DNA from: a virus
Lineage: Duplodnaviria > Caudoviricetes
Reading direction: 5' to 3' (one strand)
DNA: 54,073 nucleotides
IMG/VR virus record: IMGVR_UViG_3300036900_000217
Location: 1 to 54,073 of that record
Part shown: piece after piece, positions 45,414 through 53,653 of the stretch
Layout of the letters: each line of letters opens with the position of its first letter
How positions within the stretch are numbered: position 1 is the first letter of the stretch
Made by a program: the position numbers and the translations under genes
The notes under the pieces: model-generated
Told to the model about the DNA's origin: nothing
What the model saw: only the letters and a program-made list of their open reading frames with translations
The model's database searches: none

Positions 45414-46928
45414 ATGCTCGGCTTCCTTCCGATTGCCAGCGCGGCGATCGCGGACGAAGGACTGCCCGCACCGGCGGCCGAGACGTTGATCGTCCTGTAC
45501 CCGGTCGCGCTCACTGATCAGACGATTGTCCTGCGCGACCCGACGGCAGTCCCGGTGTCGATCTCGGTGTCCGCGAGTCAAGGCACGGGCACGGAATCGC
45601 TCGCTGAAGCCGACGCCTCGATCGCCGTCGGCGACGAATCGACGACCGCCGTCGCGGCCATTCTCGCAACGAGCGACGAGAACCTCCTCGGCGTCGCGGC
45701 AACACTAGCGAGCAGTGACGAGAATGTACTCGGCCTTGCCGCCACGCTTCCATCCGGCGACGAGAACATCCTCGGACTCGCAACGGCCCTCGCCACAGGC
45801 GATGAGTCGCTAGGCGCCATCGTGGCGAGCTTGGTGACAGCGGACGAGTCGCTGATCGGCGTGGGCGCGACTCTGGCTGAGGCGGACGAGAACCTGGTCG
45901 GCATCGTCGGCTCGGACGCCGTCGCGGACGAGAACCTGATCGGCCTGGGATCGCCGTTGGCGACTGGCGACGAGTCGTCTGTTCCTGTCTCAGCAACACT
46001 TCCGTCCTCCGACGAGAATCTTGTCGGACTCGCCGCGGCGCTCGCCACGGCAGACGAGGATCTGCTGGGCGTCGCGGGGTCGCTCGCCAGCGCGGACGAG
46101 AACCTCGTCGGCATCACGTCGTCCTTGCTCGTCGGCGACGAGTCGCTTGGCACTGTCGCCGTACAGCAAACCCAACAGACGGCTACGGAATCGCTCACGG
46201 GGCTCGCGCCGTCGCTGGCGTCGTCGGACGAGTCGCTGACCGGCCTCGCGACGACGCTTGGCTTGAGCGACGAAAACACGCTCGGCGTGTCCGCGTCGAA
46301 AGCAACGGCCGACGAGAATCTTCTCGGCGTCGCGGGATCATTGGCGATCGGCGACGAGTCGAAAGGCACGCCGTCGGCGACCATGGCGACGGGGGACGAG
46401 TCGATCGGTCCCGTTGCGGCGACGCTCGCGAGCGCGGATGAGTCGCTGATTGGGGTCACGGCCTCGCGACTTTCGAGCGACGAGAATCTGCTCGGCGTCT
46501 CGGGCTCACAAGGCACCGCCGATGAATGGGCGATGGTGCTCGCCGCGCTGCAACTCATCAGCGACGAATCGGCGGGAACGCTGTCGGCCATCGCCGCCGC
46601 GGGCACCGAATCGCTGGTCGGGCTCCAGGCATCGCAGTCGAGCGGCGACGAATGGCTGATTGGTGTCGCGGCGATCCTGGCCGCGGCACACGAGTCGCTG
46701 GCCTCGCCGCTCACCTATTGTCTGATCAGCGCCGTCACGCAACTGTTGGCGACGGTCACGGCGACGCGCGTCGAGCCGACCGTCTCGGCGACGAACATCA
46801 CGCCCGCCGTACCGTTCACGCGCCTTTCGCCTGAATTGCTCGCCACCTGCATCACGCCGAATCCCGTCGCGACCGCGCTGTCGCCGTCCGTCGACGCCAC
46901 CCGACTCATTGAGGAGCTCGTCCCATGA
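45414..46928 (+). CDS. 14-aa repeat fibrous protein
   Basis: Starts MLGFLPIASAAIAD. About 27 tandem repeats of xxxDE(N/S)LxGxxxxL. Confidence 0.75.
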   Translation: MLGFLPIASAAIADEGLPAPAAETLIVLYPVALTDQTIVLRDPTAVPVSISVSASQGTGTESLAEADASIAVGDESTTAVAAILATSDENLLGVAATLASSDENVLGLAATLPSGDENILGLATALATGDESLGAIVASLVTADESLIGVGATLAEADENLVGIVGSDAVADENLIGLGSPLATGDESSVPVSATLPSSDENLVGLAAALATADEDLLGVAGSLASADENLVGITSSLLVGDESLGTVAVQQTQQTATESLTGLAPSLASSDESLTGLATTLGLSDENTLGVSASKATADENLLGVAGSLAIGDESKGTPSATMATGDESIGPVAATLASADESLIGVTASRLSSDENLLGVSGSQGTADEWAMVLAALQLISDESAGTLSAIAAAGTESLVGLQASQSSGDEWLIGVAAILAAAHESLASPLTYCLISAVTQLLATVTATRVEPTVSATNITPAVPFTRLSPELLATCITPNPVATALSPSVDATRLIEELVP

Positions 46929-47326
46929 CCACAACGCCGACGCCATCGGTCCACGTGCTGTCACCGTCGAACGATCTGGTCTACACGTTCGTCCTCGAGG
47001 AGGTGGATCCCGCGACCTTCGTGCTCGGGCCAGCGACGACGGGCGCTGTGACGTGTTTCCTGTCGACGTCGAACCTGTCGAATGCGACAGCGATCACCGG
47101 CCTGACGCGCCCCGCCGTCTACATCGGCGGCGCGAACGGGTATCCGGACGGGACGTGGGGCGTCGAGTTCGATGCCGACGACCTGACGCCAGCGCTGCTC
47201 CAGCCGATTTTCGAGGTGTCGCCCGCGCCGACGCCGTACCTGATGATCGTCCGCGGCGGTGCCGTGCGGCGCTACATCACGCTCAAATACCAGAAGGCGC
47301 TCAAGGCGGAGCTGACGCAGGTCTAG
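46925..47326 (+). CDS. Ig-like/BppU-like structural protein
   Basis: GAGGAG RBS. 133-aa beta protein with GTWGVEF, ends the + strand block. Confidence 0.45.
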   Translation: MTTTPTPSVHVLSPSNDLVYTFVLEEVDPATFVLGPATTGAVTCFLSTSNLSNATAITGLTRPAVYIGGANGYPDGTWGVEFDADDLTPALLQPIFEVSPAPTPYLMIVRGGAVRRYITLKYQKALKAELTQV

Positions 47327-47595
47327 ATGTTTTTCAGGTCGTCGATCGAAGATAACGCGCTCAGGTCTGGGATTCCGTGAAAGAATCGCCAGACGCCTTC
47401 TAGGACAACCGCGGGCTCGGGAGAGCGCTTGCGGAGAATGAAGGTCGCGCCGCACGCATGGCAGCTCGCCGCATCGTAAATGGCGCCCGGTATCGCGATC
47501 ACGTGATAATCGTTCGGCGCCTTCAATGGCTCGCCGCAGTCGCAGCAAGACATCGGGGGCTCGTAACTCTCTGCGGGGGCGCGTTCCTCGCTCAT
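47323..47595 (-). CDS. Zinc-ribbon hypothetical protein
   Basis: CCDCG and CHACG. Convergent stop overlap with 46925-47326. Confidence 0.55.
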   Translation of the reverse strand: MSEERAPAESYEPPMSCCDCGEPLKAPNDYHVIAIPGAIYDAASCHACGATFILRKRSPEPAVVLEGVWRFFHGIPDLSALSSIDDLKNI

Positions 47596-47807
47596 GAGAT
47601 AGCCCGACGCGGCGACAGGATTCGTATGTTCGGAATCGGCGGCGCGGTCGACCCGAACGTATCGTCGATCACCATCGCCCAGAGCGCATCGTTCAATCCG
47701 CTCATTGCGTTCGCAAGATGGCGCATCGCCTCGTTGTTTCGCTCCATCACATCAGCCAGCGCGCGGAATGCTTCATCGTATCTCTCAAGGGCGTCGTCGT
47801 CGCGCAT
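47592..47807 (-). CDS. Small helical hypothetical protein (likely leaderless)
   Basis: TATAGT -10 (47815-47820, - strand) lies 7 nt before the ATG. ATGA overlap with the next gene. Confidence 0.5.
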   Translation of the reverse strand: MRDDDALERYDEAFRALADVMERNNEAMRHLANAMSGLNDALWAMVIDDTFGSTAPPIPNIRILSPRRAIS

Positions 47808-47847
47808 GGAGACAACTATACTCGATTCGGGGCCGCGCCGTGGCGAC

Positions 47848-48165
47848 TCACTTCTCCGCGAACGCGCCCCGCTCCATCCAGAGGTCGACCGTCTCCCCGA
47901 CGCGCCGGACCTGAACCGCCGACGAGTCGATCCGCTCGATGAGCATCGGCGTCCCGCGGGCCACGGGCCGACACCCGCCGTGCGAACTGAGCGAGTCACG
48001 GCTCGCGCAGCCGAATGCCGCGGCGGTCGTGTTCATGATCGCGCCCTCGACAAAGCCGTCCACGGGCGGCCCCTCGGCGGACGGCGCGCCACGGTTGCGG
48101 ACGCGGGCGAGCACGGCGAGAGCTATCACGGCGACGATGGCGAGAGAGATCCAGAGGCGGCGCAC
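47848..48165 (-). CDS. Membrane-anchored small protein
   Basis: N-terminal TM LWISLAIVAVIALAVL. Start overlaps the stop of the lipoprotein gene. Confidence 0.55.
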   Translation of the reverse strand: MRRLWISLAIVAVIALAVLARVRNRGAPSAEGPPVDGFVEGAIMNTTAAAFGCASRDSLSSHGGCRPVARGTPMLIERIDSSAVQVRRVGETVDLWMERGAFAEK

Positions 48166-48584
48166 TACCAGACCGCGATGATGTAGTAGGCTTCGTTCGC
48201 GATCCCGTTGATGAGCGTGACGCCGGGCGTCGCGCTGCCGATCCCCGTGAGACCGCAGAACACGAAGGGGCTATTCGATGGCGTCTGCGCCACCGCGAGC
48301 CACGTGATCCGATCCGTGCTCACGTAACAGGCGACGACGGGCACCTTATTCCCAGCGACCGACGCCGCGGGCAACGGAACAGAGACGGAGCCGGTCCCGG
48401 ACAGGTTGCCCGTGAAGTCGGCGCGATTCGTTGAGCCTGCTGGACCGGACGGCCCCTGCGGGCCCGCGGGACCGTTCGGACCTTGCGCACCTGCCGGACC
48501 TTGCGGCCCCGTCGCGCCGTCCGCGCCCTTGCAGCCGAGTACGATTCCGAGACCGAACAGCGTGACAGCTTGGCGGGCGCGCAT
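48165..48584 (-). CDS. Collagen-like lipoprotein
   Basis: GAGG RBS. Signal peptide with lipobox VLG-C18, 11 G-X-Y triplets and a C-terminal beta domain. Confidence 0.75.
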   Translation of the reverse strand: MRARQAVTLFGLGIVLGCKGADGATGPQGPAGAQGPNGPAGPQGPSGPAGSTNRADFTGNLSGTGSVSVPLPAASVAGNKVPVVACYVSTDRITWLAVAQTPSNSPFVFCGLTGIGSATPGVTLINGIANEAYYIIAVW

Positions 48585-48611
48585 GGTTGAGATCCTCATC
48601 GTGGTGAGAAG

Positions 48612-48627
48612 ATTAGAGCGGTCTAAT
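48612..48627. promoter_or_regulatory. Palindromic operator between divergent genes
   Basis: ATTAGA-GCGG-TCTAAT in an AT-rich divergent gap. Confidence 0.45.
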
Positions 48628-48706
48628 AATTGGGCTGCTGTAACAGGACGTTGCAGAACGCTGAGGGTGGCCCCATTTTCGTCGGCCTCAACGGAGGACA
48701 TCTGAT

Positions 48707-48934
48707 ATGCGGGTGACGGGAAAACGGCCGACGCCTAGCTCGGCTCGCGGCGTTTGGCAGGCGGATTTCTTTGGACCGGACGGGGAACTCGTGCTCGTCG
48801 CGACGGATAGTCGGAGTCGGCTCGTCGCCCCGCCTCTCGTCGTGCCGCACGGCGCGAATCGCATGCAGGCGGCCGACGGGCTTCTCGAAACGCTGGACGC
48901 AGCAGACCCTATCCCTCCGTTGCGCATCATCTAG
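48707..48934 (+). CDS. Small hypothetical protein convergent with the repressor
   Basis: Strong GGAGGA RBS. Its 3' end overlaps the repressor's by 8 bp. Confidence 0.55.
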   Translation: MRVTGKRPTPSSARGVWQADFFGPDGELVLVATDSRSRLVAPPLVVPHGANRMQAADGLLETLDAADPIPPLRII

Positions 48935-49235
48935 CCTTCCCCCGTCGCATCGCCTTGGCGACGGGGCCGCCAAAGGCCAGCCACACGACCCCGCGGCCCT
49001 CGGGGTCGATCAGCACGACCAAGGCGCCCTCCTCAAGCGATAGCCCACGCAGGCCAGCCTCGATCCGACTGACCTTGCTGTCGTCGTACAGCTCGTCGAG
49101 ACCATAGGTCTCGGCCATCGTCGTCAACTCCGCGGCGAGGGCCGCCTGGCTCAGCCCAGCGGCCTCACGGATGTCCTTCACCCGCCCCCCGCGCTCCGCT
49201 CGCCGAATTAGTTCGCTGCCCGGTTTTGTGGACAC
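48927..49235 (-). CDS. XRE/CI-like HTH repressor without a peptidase domain
   Basis: VKDIREAAGLSQAALA...SKVSRIEAGLR. Divergent from the Cro-like gene. Start uncertain (GTG 49235). Confidence 0.75.
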   Translation of the reverse strand: MSTKPGSELIRRAERGGRVKDIREAAGLSQAALAAELTTMAETYGLDELYDDSKVSRIEAGLRGLSLEEGALVVLIDPEGRGVVWLAFGGPVAKAMRRGKAR

Positions 49236-49326
49236 TTTGTAACAATGTCTGGGGTCTGCGCTCTGGACCTTGCGGAAACCGCAATGTCCAACACACATTG
49301 CTCACCGTGAAACTTATCACGGTGAG
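49229..49326. promoter_or_regulatory. Immunity-switch region with inverted repeats (operators)
   Basis: Imperfect IR 49229-49250. TGGAC-CTTGCGG-AAA-CCGCAAT-GTCCA at 49264-49290. Perfect 10-bp IR CTCACCGTGA-N6-TCACGGTGAG at 49301-49326. Confidence 0.65.
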
Positions 49327-49330
49327 ACGC

Positions 49331-49555
49331 ATGGGTCTACCTGACAACGCCCCGACGCGTAAGCAGCGATTTGACGCGGCTTTAGCACTCTCGGGGATGA
49401 CGCAAGAACAGTGGCGAACCGAGCACTACCGGGTCACGGTCCACCACCTCCTGGAAGTCCTGAAGGGCGAGCGTGACGGCTCGGCAGAGCTCAACGCCGC
49501 GATCGATGCGCTGATCGCGAAGTACCTGCCGGCCGAAGCAGGCGAAGCCGCCTGA
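49331..49555 (+). CDS. Cro-like HTH regulator
   Basis: ALALSGMTQEQW...VTVHHLLEVLKGER. First gene of the early operon. Confidence 0.7.
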   Translation: MGLPDNAPTRKQRFDAALALSGMTQEQWRTEHYRVTVHHLLEVLKGERDGSAELNAAIDALIAKYLPAEAGEAA

Positions 49556-49632
49556 AAGCCCGCCAACGCTAGCAGCCGCGCCGCGACTCGCCAGCGCCAA
49601 CTCTTTCCACCCCTCTTCGGAGGCGTAACGAA

Positions 49633-49770
49633 ATGCTACAAATCCTGATCGCCACCGTTGTCCTCGCCGCGATCGCGTGGCTCCGCCAGCGTCGCGAGGA
49701 GCGGAAGGCCGAATACGACGCGACGGCCGCACTGTGCGCGGAGCAGCGCCGACGTCAGCTCGCGCTCTAG
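49633..49770 (+). CDS. Small single-TM protein
   Basis: GGAGG RBS. MLQILIATVVLAAIAWLRQRR... Confidence 0.6.
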   Translation: MLQILIATVVLAAIAWLRQRREERKAEYDATAALCAEQRRRQLAL

Positions 49771-49793
49771 CAAATGCTCATGATGATGCGAAC

Positions 49794-49948
49794 CGGGGCG
49801 CTGTCGAGCGCAATCGATACCGGGGAATCCCGCGGGCCTTCTACGCCAAGAGTCGGCGTCGCGCGGGGCATGCAAAAGGAAGGTTCGCTGGCCGGCCAGC
49901 GAAGAGGAGAGACGGGCCTTAGGGCTCGTCAGCCGGCGCAGTACCCCG
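49794..49948 (+). ncRNA. Candidate multi-stem structured RNA
   Basis: Closing stem 49794-49803/49939-49948 encloses at least five further helices and a possible pseudoknot. Confidence 0.5.
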
Positions 49949-50019
49949 AAACAACGAAGCGCCGCGAACCCGGGCAGGGTTTCTCGCGACGCCTCGCAAC
50001 CAACAGAGGCAAGGTAATC

Positions 50020-50406
50020 ATGCTCCGCTCATGGCAGCAAGATCTCCAAGATCACAGTCTCGCCGACCAGCTCAGAGACGAGCGTAACGAAAAGCTCGCC
50101 ACCCTTCGCGCGAAGCCCGTCTTTCGCGACAACGAGACGCTCGCCGACTTCACGCTCGCCGCGCTGTCGCGGATGGGCTACTACGTGACCGACGAGATCC
50201 TCGTCGCCGTCCAGCGCATCGATGCCACGGACGAGGAGAAGGCGAACATCGCCGACGGGATCGAGCTGCACGCGCTCGTCTCGAGGAAGATCACGGCGGC
50301 GTACGGAAAGTATCTGGGCACGTTCGCCGACAGCCTGATCGGAATGGCGGTGGTCGCCTTATTCAATTTTCGGCAGCAGTGCGAGCCCGAGGCGATGGCG
50401 CGATGA
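50020..50406 (+). CDS. Hypothetical protein
   Basis: AAGGT RBS before ATG 50020 and typical codon usage from there onward. Confidence 0.65.
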   Translation: MLRSWQQDLQDHSLADQLRDERNEKLATLRAKPVFRDNETLADFTLAALSRMGYYVTDEILVAVQRIDATDEEKANIADGIELHALVSRKITAAYGKYLGTFADSLIGMAVVALFNFRQQCEPEAMAR

Positions 50407-50957
50407 ACGACATTCTCGCGCGCATTGCTTCGCCGTCTCTGGCTCGGCGCTTCTTCGCCAAGACGGTGCCCGAGCCTAACTCCGGCTGTCTGCTGTGGAC
50501 TGCATCTGCTCACGTGAACGGGTACGGACGTTTTGCGATTTCGAAGCGGATTCAAGAACGCGCCCACCGCGTTGCTTGGTTGATCCGGCACGGCGAAATA
50601 CCCAACGGACTCTGCGTCCTTCATCGGTGCGACGTTCCCGCGTGCGTAAACGTGGACCATCTGTTTCTCGGTACGCTCGCTGACAATAACGCCGACATGA
50701 TGGCGAAGGGCCGGAACCGCAATGTGCTAGCCGAGCGAGCGCGACGCACGCCCGTCTGTTCATGCGGCACGCCCTTCACGCTGGCGCGCCGAACGCGCGA
50801 TGGAATTGTGCGTCCCGCTGGTAAGCGAGTCTGCAAGTCGTGTCAGCAGCGAGAAAACGCCGAAAGGTATCGGCTCAATCGAATTGCGATTCTCGCGAAG
50901 AAGGCCGAGCAGCGACGGGCGCGGGGGATTGCGCCACGACAAAAGGCGGTCGCATGA
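50403..50957 (+). CDS. HNH homing-type endonuclease
   Basis: GCLLWT...GYGRF...AHRVAW...VLHRCDVPACVNVDHLFLGTLADNNADM. Confidence 0.9.
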   Translation: MNDILARIASPSLARRFFAKTVPEPNSGCLLWTASAHVNGYGRFAISKRIQERAHRVAWLIRHGEIPNGLCVLHRCDVPACVNVDHLFLGTLADNNADMMAKGRNRNVLAERARRTPVCSCGTPFTLARRTRDGIVRPAGKRVCKSCQQRENAERYRLNRIAILAKKAEQRRARGIAPRQKAVA

Positions 50958-51286
50958 GCGCCCGCCCCGACCACTCGCTCCCGATAGGCGTTCTCGACGC
51001 CGAAGATCGAGAGCCACCGGCGCGCGTCGAATTCCCGTCAGACGCTGGCTACGGGTTCGCGCCTCGGTATTGGAAGGCGAAGCGCGCCGATATGCGCCGG
51101 TGGGTCCAGCAGGAACTCGGCGGGATTGGCTCGGACCTGCCCGAAGACGAGGCGCAGATCATCGCCGAGTTCCACGCGGTGAAGGAATTACAGCGGCCGA
51201 TGCGGTGGGCTGAGAAAAGTCTGATGCGGTCGTGCGTGCTGGATCTCGTTGTCGCGTGGGCGGCATTTGCGAAGGCGGGGCGATGA
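50954..51286 (+). CDS. Hypothetical protein
   Basis: ATGA overlaps at both ends. Confidence 0.6.
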   Translation: MSARPDHSLPIGVLDAEDREPPARVEFPSDAGYGFAPRYWKAKRADMRRWVQQELGGIGSDLPEDEAQIIAEFHAVKELQRPMRWAEKSLMRSCVLDLVVAWAAFAKAGR

Positions 51287-51738
51287 GCGCGCCGGGGACT
51301 GCGGTCGCGATTCTGCGCGCCATGCTCGCCGACACCGTCCCTGGCCAATGGGACGCGCACGGCGGACACGTTGCTGCTGTCAGCGAGGCGCCGCTGCGAG
51401 TCGTGGACGGGCGATCAGATCCCGATTCGCTCAGGTACTACGGCGGCTATCTCGTCTGCGAGTCGTGCGACCGAAAGGACGCGGGGTTCATCGCCGCGGC
51501 GCACAATCTCTTGCCGGATCTCCTCGACGGCTACGACGAGATGGCGCACCGCATGTGGAAGATGGAGTTGGAACTGCGCTGCGCGAAGGCCGCGCTCGAC
51601 GAGGCCGAGCAGACGATTGAATATGAGCGCAGCCGACGCTACGTGGCGCCGCTTCGACCGTTGGAGCGCGCCGGGCTGATTCGCATTTACCACGATAACC
51701 GCGTCGAGACCACTACGGCGATCGGAGTCGGGGCGTGA
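51283..51738 (+). CDS. Ead/Ea22-like accessory protein
   Basis: T.PGQW...DAGFIAAAHNLLPDLL motif. Confidence 0.6.
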   Translation: MSAPGTAVAILRAMLADTVPGQWDAHGGHVAAVSEAPLRVVDGRSDPDSLRYYGGYLVCESCDRKDAGFIAAAHNLLPDLLDGYDEMAHRMWKMELELRCAKAALDEAEQTIEYERSRRYVAPLRPLERAGLIRIYHDNRVETTTAIGVGA

Positions 51739-51739
51739 G

Positions 51740-52165
51740 ATGTCCGTTACTCCCGCCGATCGCCCGATTGGCTCGCACTGGACCTACGTGGGCGTCAATC
51801 ACCCCCGCGCGCCGATCGGCTGCGAGATCGTCGAGCGCTACGACGACCTTGAGAAGTGCATGTTCGACTGCGTGGTCCGATGCGAGGACGGGACTCTCGT
51901 CGTCGCGTTCGACGCGAACCTCCACGCCGAAGGCTGTACCGGCTCACCGCGCGATATGTCCGCGCCGTGGTTCCCGGCGAAGGAATGGGAGAACCGGAAC
52001 CCGCCGTGCTCGTGTGGCGCGGGTCCAATGGCGGCAGATCACAAGTTCAAGCGCCTGCTGCGCACCAAGAACAAGCTGCAAACGAAATCCGAGATCGAAC
52101 ACGAAGATTTAGTGGTGAACTTCGAAGGCCCCATCCCTGTCGCCGTGGAGCGAAAAGTCTCATGA
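51740..52165 (+). CDS. Cys-containing hypothetical protein
   Basis: GGAG upstream. Stop overlaps the next ATG. Confidence 0.55.
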   Translation: MSVTPADRPIGSHWTYVGVNHPRAPIGCEIVERYDDLEKCMFDCVVRCEDGTLVVAFDANLHAEGCTGSPRDMSAPWFPAKEWENRNPPCSCGAGPMAADHKFKRLLRTKNKLQTKSEIEHEDLVVNFEGPIPVAVERKVS

Positions 52166-53124
52166 GCACTTCAACGAAGCCGGAACCGACCGCCGTCGCT
52201 CTGCGCGATGCGTCAGTCGGCAACCTGCCGCCGGCTATACAAGAGCGCCTCCAGCTCCGACGCCTGTCGAATCAGGTGGCCGGCGAGTTGGCGAAGATCA
52301 ACTGGGGGGCGAAGCTCGATCTCGACACCCGCCGCGCCGTCGCCGATTGGGGCCGTCAGTTCCGCGTGGACGTGACGACGGAGATTCACGTGCTCGGCGG
52401 CAACATCTACCTGAACGCCGCGTTCTGGCTCCGGAAGCTCTCGGAACTCGTCGCCGAAGGCGTGGTCGAGTACGCGGTCGCGGACCACGTCGAAGATGAT
52501 CCGCGACTCAAGAAGCTCGGCCCCGAAGGCGAGGGCGAGTACAGCCGCCGGCTTCGTGAGCGGATCATGCACGCGATCCCGGATGCCGCGACCTCGGCCG
52601 TCGTGTTCCGCGTGAAGCTGCGCTCGATGGAGAAGGAAGTCGTCGGCGTGAAGTGGTGCGGTGGCGGGACGCGGAAGAGCGACCCCGTCGGCGATGCGAT
52701 GCCGGTCGAGACGTCAGAGTCCCGCGCGGCGCGGCGCGCCATGCGTCTTATCGCGACGCACGTACCCGCAGCGTCCAAGGAGATCGAAGCGATCGAGACG
52801 TCCGCCGAGCAACTCTCCGAGCGCGTCGTCGAGGCGAAGACGCGGATCGCCGACGTCGAGGCGACGCGCAACCCGCCGCGGAAGGCGATCGCCGCGGGCG
52901 TCTCGGATGATCCCTACACGCAGGTCGCCACGAACGAGCAGAAGGCGGAGATCGCCGAGCTGCTCGACAAGGCCGACGTCACCGACGACGAACGCGCGAG
53001 AATCGCGACGACGGCCGGCGCGAAGGATTACCGCGCCGCGGACGCCCTCGCGCTCATCGAACGCCTCGCATCCCTCGTCCCGCAGAAACAGGGCGAGGAC
53101 TTCTCACTCTCAAGCGAGGGCTAA
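52162..53124 (+). CDS. RecT/Bet-like single-strand annealing recombinase
   Basis: EIHVLGGNIYLNAAFW...MPVETSESRAARRAMRLI pattern, size and early-operon position. Confidence 0.55.
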   Translation: MSTSTKPEPTAVALRDASVGNLPPAIQERLQLRRLSNQVAGELAKINWGAKLDLDTRRAVADWGRQFRVDVTTEIHVLGGNIYLNAAFWLRKLSELVAEGVVEYAVADHVEDDPRLKKLGPEGEGEYSRRLRERIMHAIPDAATSAVVFRVKLRSMEKEVVGVKWCGGGTRKSDPVGDAMPVETSESRAARRAMRLIATHVPAASKEIEAIETSAEQLSERVVEAKTRIADVEATRNPPRKAIAAGVSDDPYTQVATNEQKAEIAELLDKADVTDDERARIATTAGAKDYRAADALALIERLASLVPQKQGEDFSLSSEG

Positions 53125-53127
53125 TCG

Positions 53128-53613
53128 ATGCTCGTCCCCTTCCGCTCTAGCGATCGACTCCTCGGCTCGAAAGCCTTGGGCATCTACGACAAGATGCTCG
53201 ACACGGCGAAGGCCGCATGCGACAAGGTCTACGCCCCGACGCTCTGGCTCGATACCGAAAAGGGCCGCGTCGAACGCGCCGAGGCGTGGCTCAACGAATC
53301 GCTCGACGGCTTGGAGCTGGGCGAGGAACGCGACATCGACATCGCCTCGCCACTCGCCTCCGTGATTGGGAACGCGGCGTCCGCGTATCTCTCGCAGCTC
53401 ACGAAGCTCGCCGAGAAGCAGACGGACCTCCTCGTGCCGGTGGATGACACGAGCGAAATCACGGCGCGGGTCGCGAGTTTGGCGGATCGGATTCGAGGGC
53501 AGGGCGAGCTCACTGGCATCAGCAGCGCGACCGTCAGCGTGAACGGCGGCGAGCCGATGACGCTCGACGAGATGTCGCGGCGCGTTGAACATCTGACCAA
53601 GCGCGCCGACTAA
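53128..53613 (+). CDS. Hypothetical protein
   Basis: GAGGG RBS. 161-aa ORF. Confidence 0.6.
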   Translation: MLVPFRSSDRLLGSKALGIYDKMLDTAKAACDKVYAPTLWLDTEKGRVERAEAWLNESLDGLELGEERDIDIASPLASVIGNAASAYLSQLTKLAEKQTDLLVPVDDTSEITARVASLADRIRGQGELTGISSATVSVNGGEPMTLDEMSRRVEHLTKRAD

Positions 53614-53653
53614 TGCCTCAGGTGACGCATCCGGGAACCCGGAAGGCGGCAGC

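Noticed and set aside
43795-46928. Diversity-generating retroelement target
   Set aside because: No reverse transcriptase and no TR/VR pair differing at adenines was seen.
49779-49952. Hammerhead ribozyme, tRNA or tmRNA
   Set aside because: UGAUGA and GAAAC are present, but there is no CUGAnGA core adjacent to stem II, no TTCGA T-loop arm and no CCA end.
49774-50019. N-terminal extension of the 50020 gene
   Set aside because: No RBS, atypical composition and dense RNA structure. A better RBS lies before ATG 50020.
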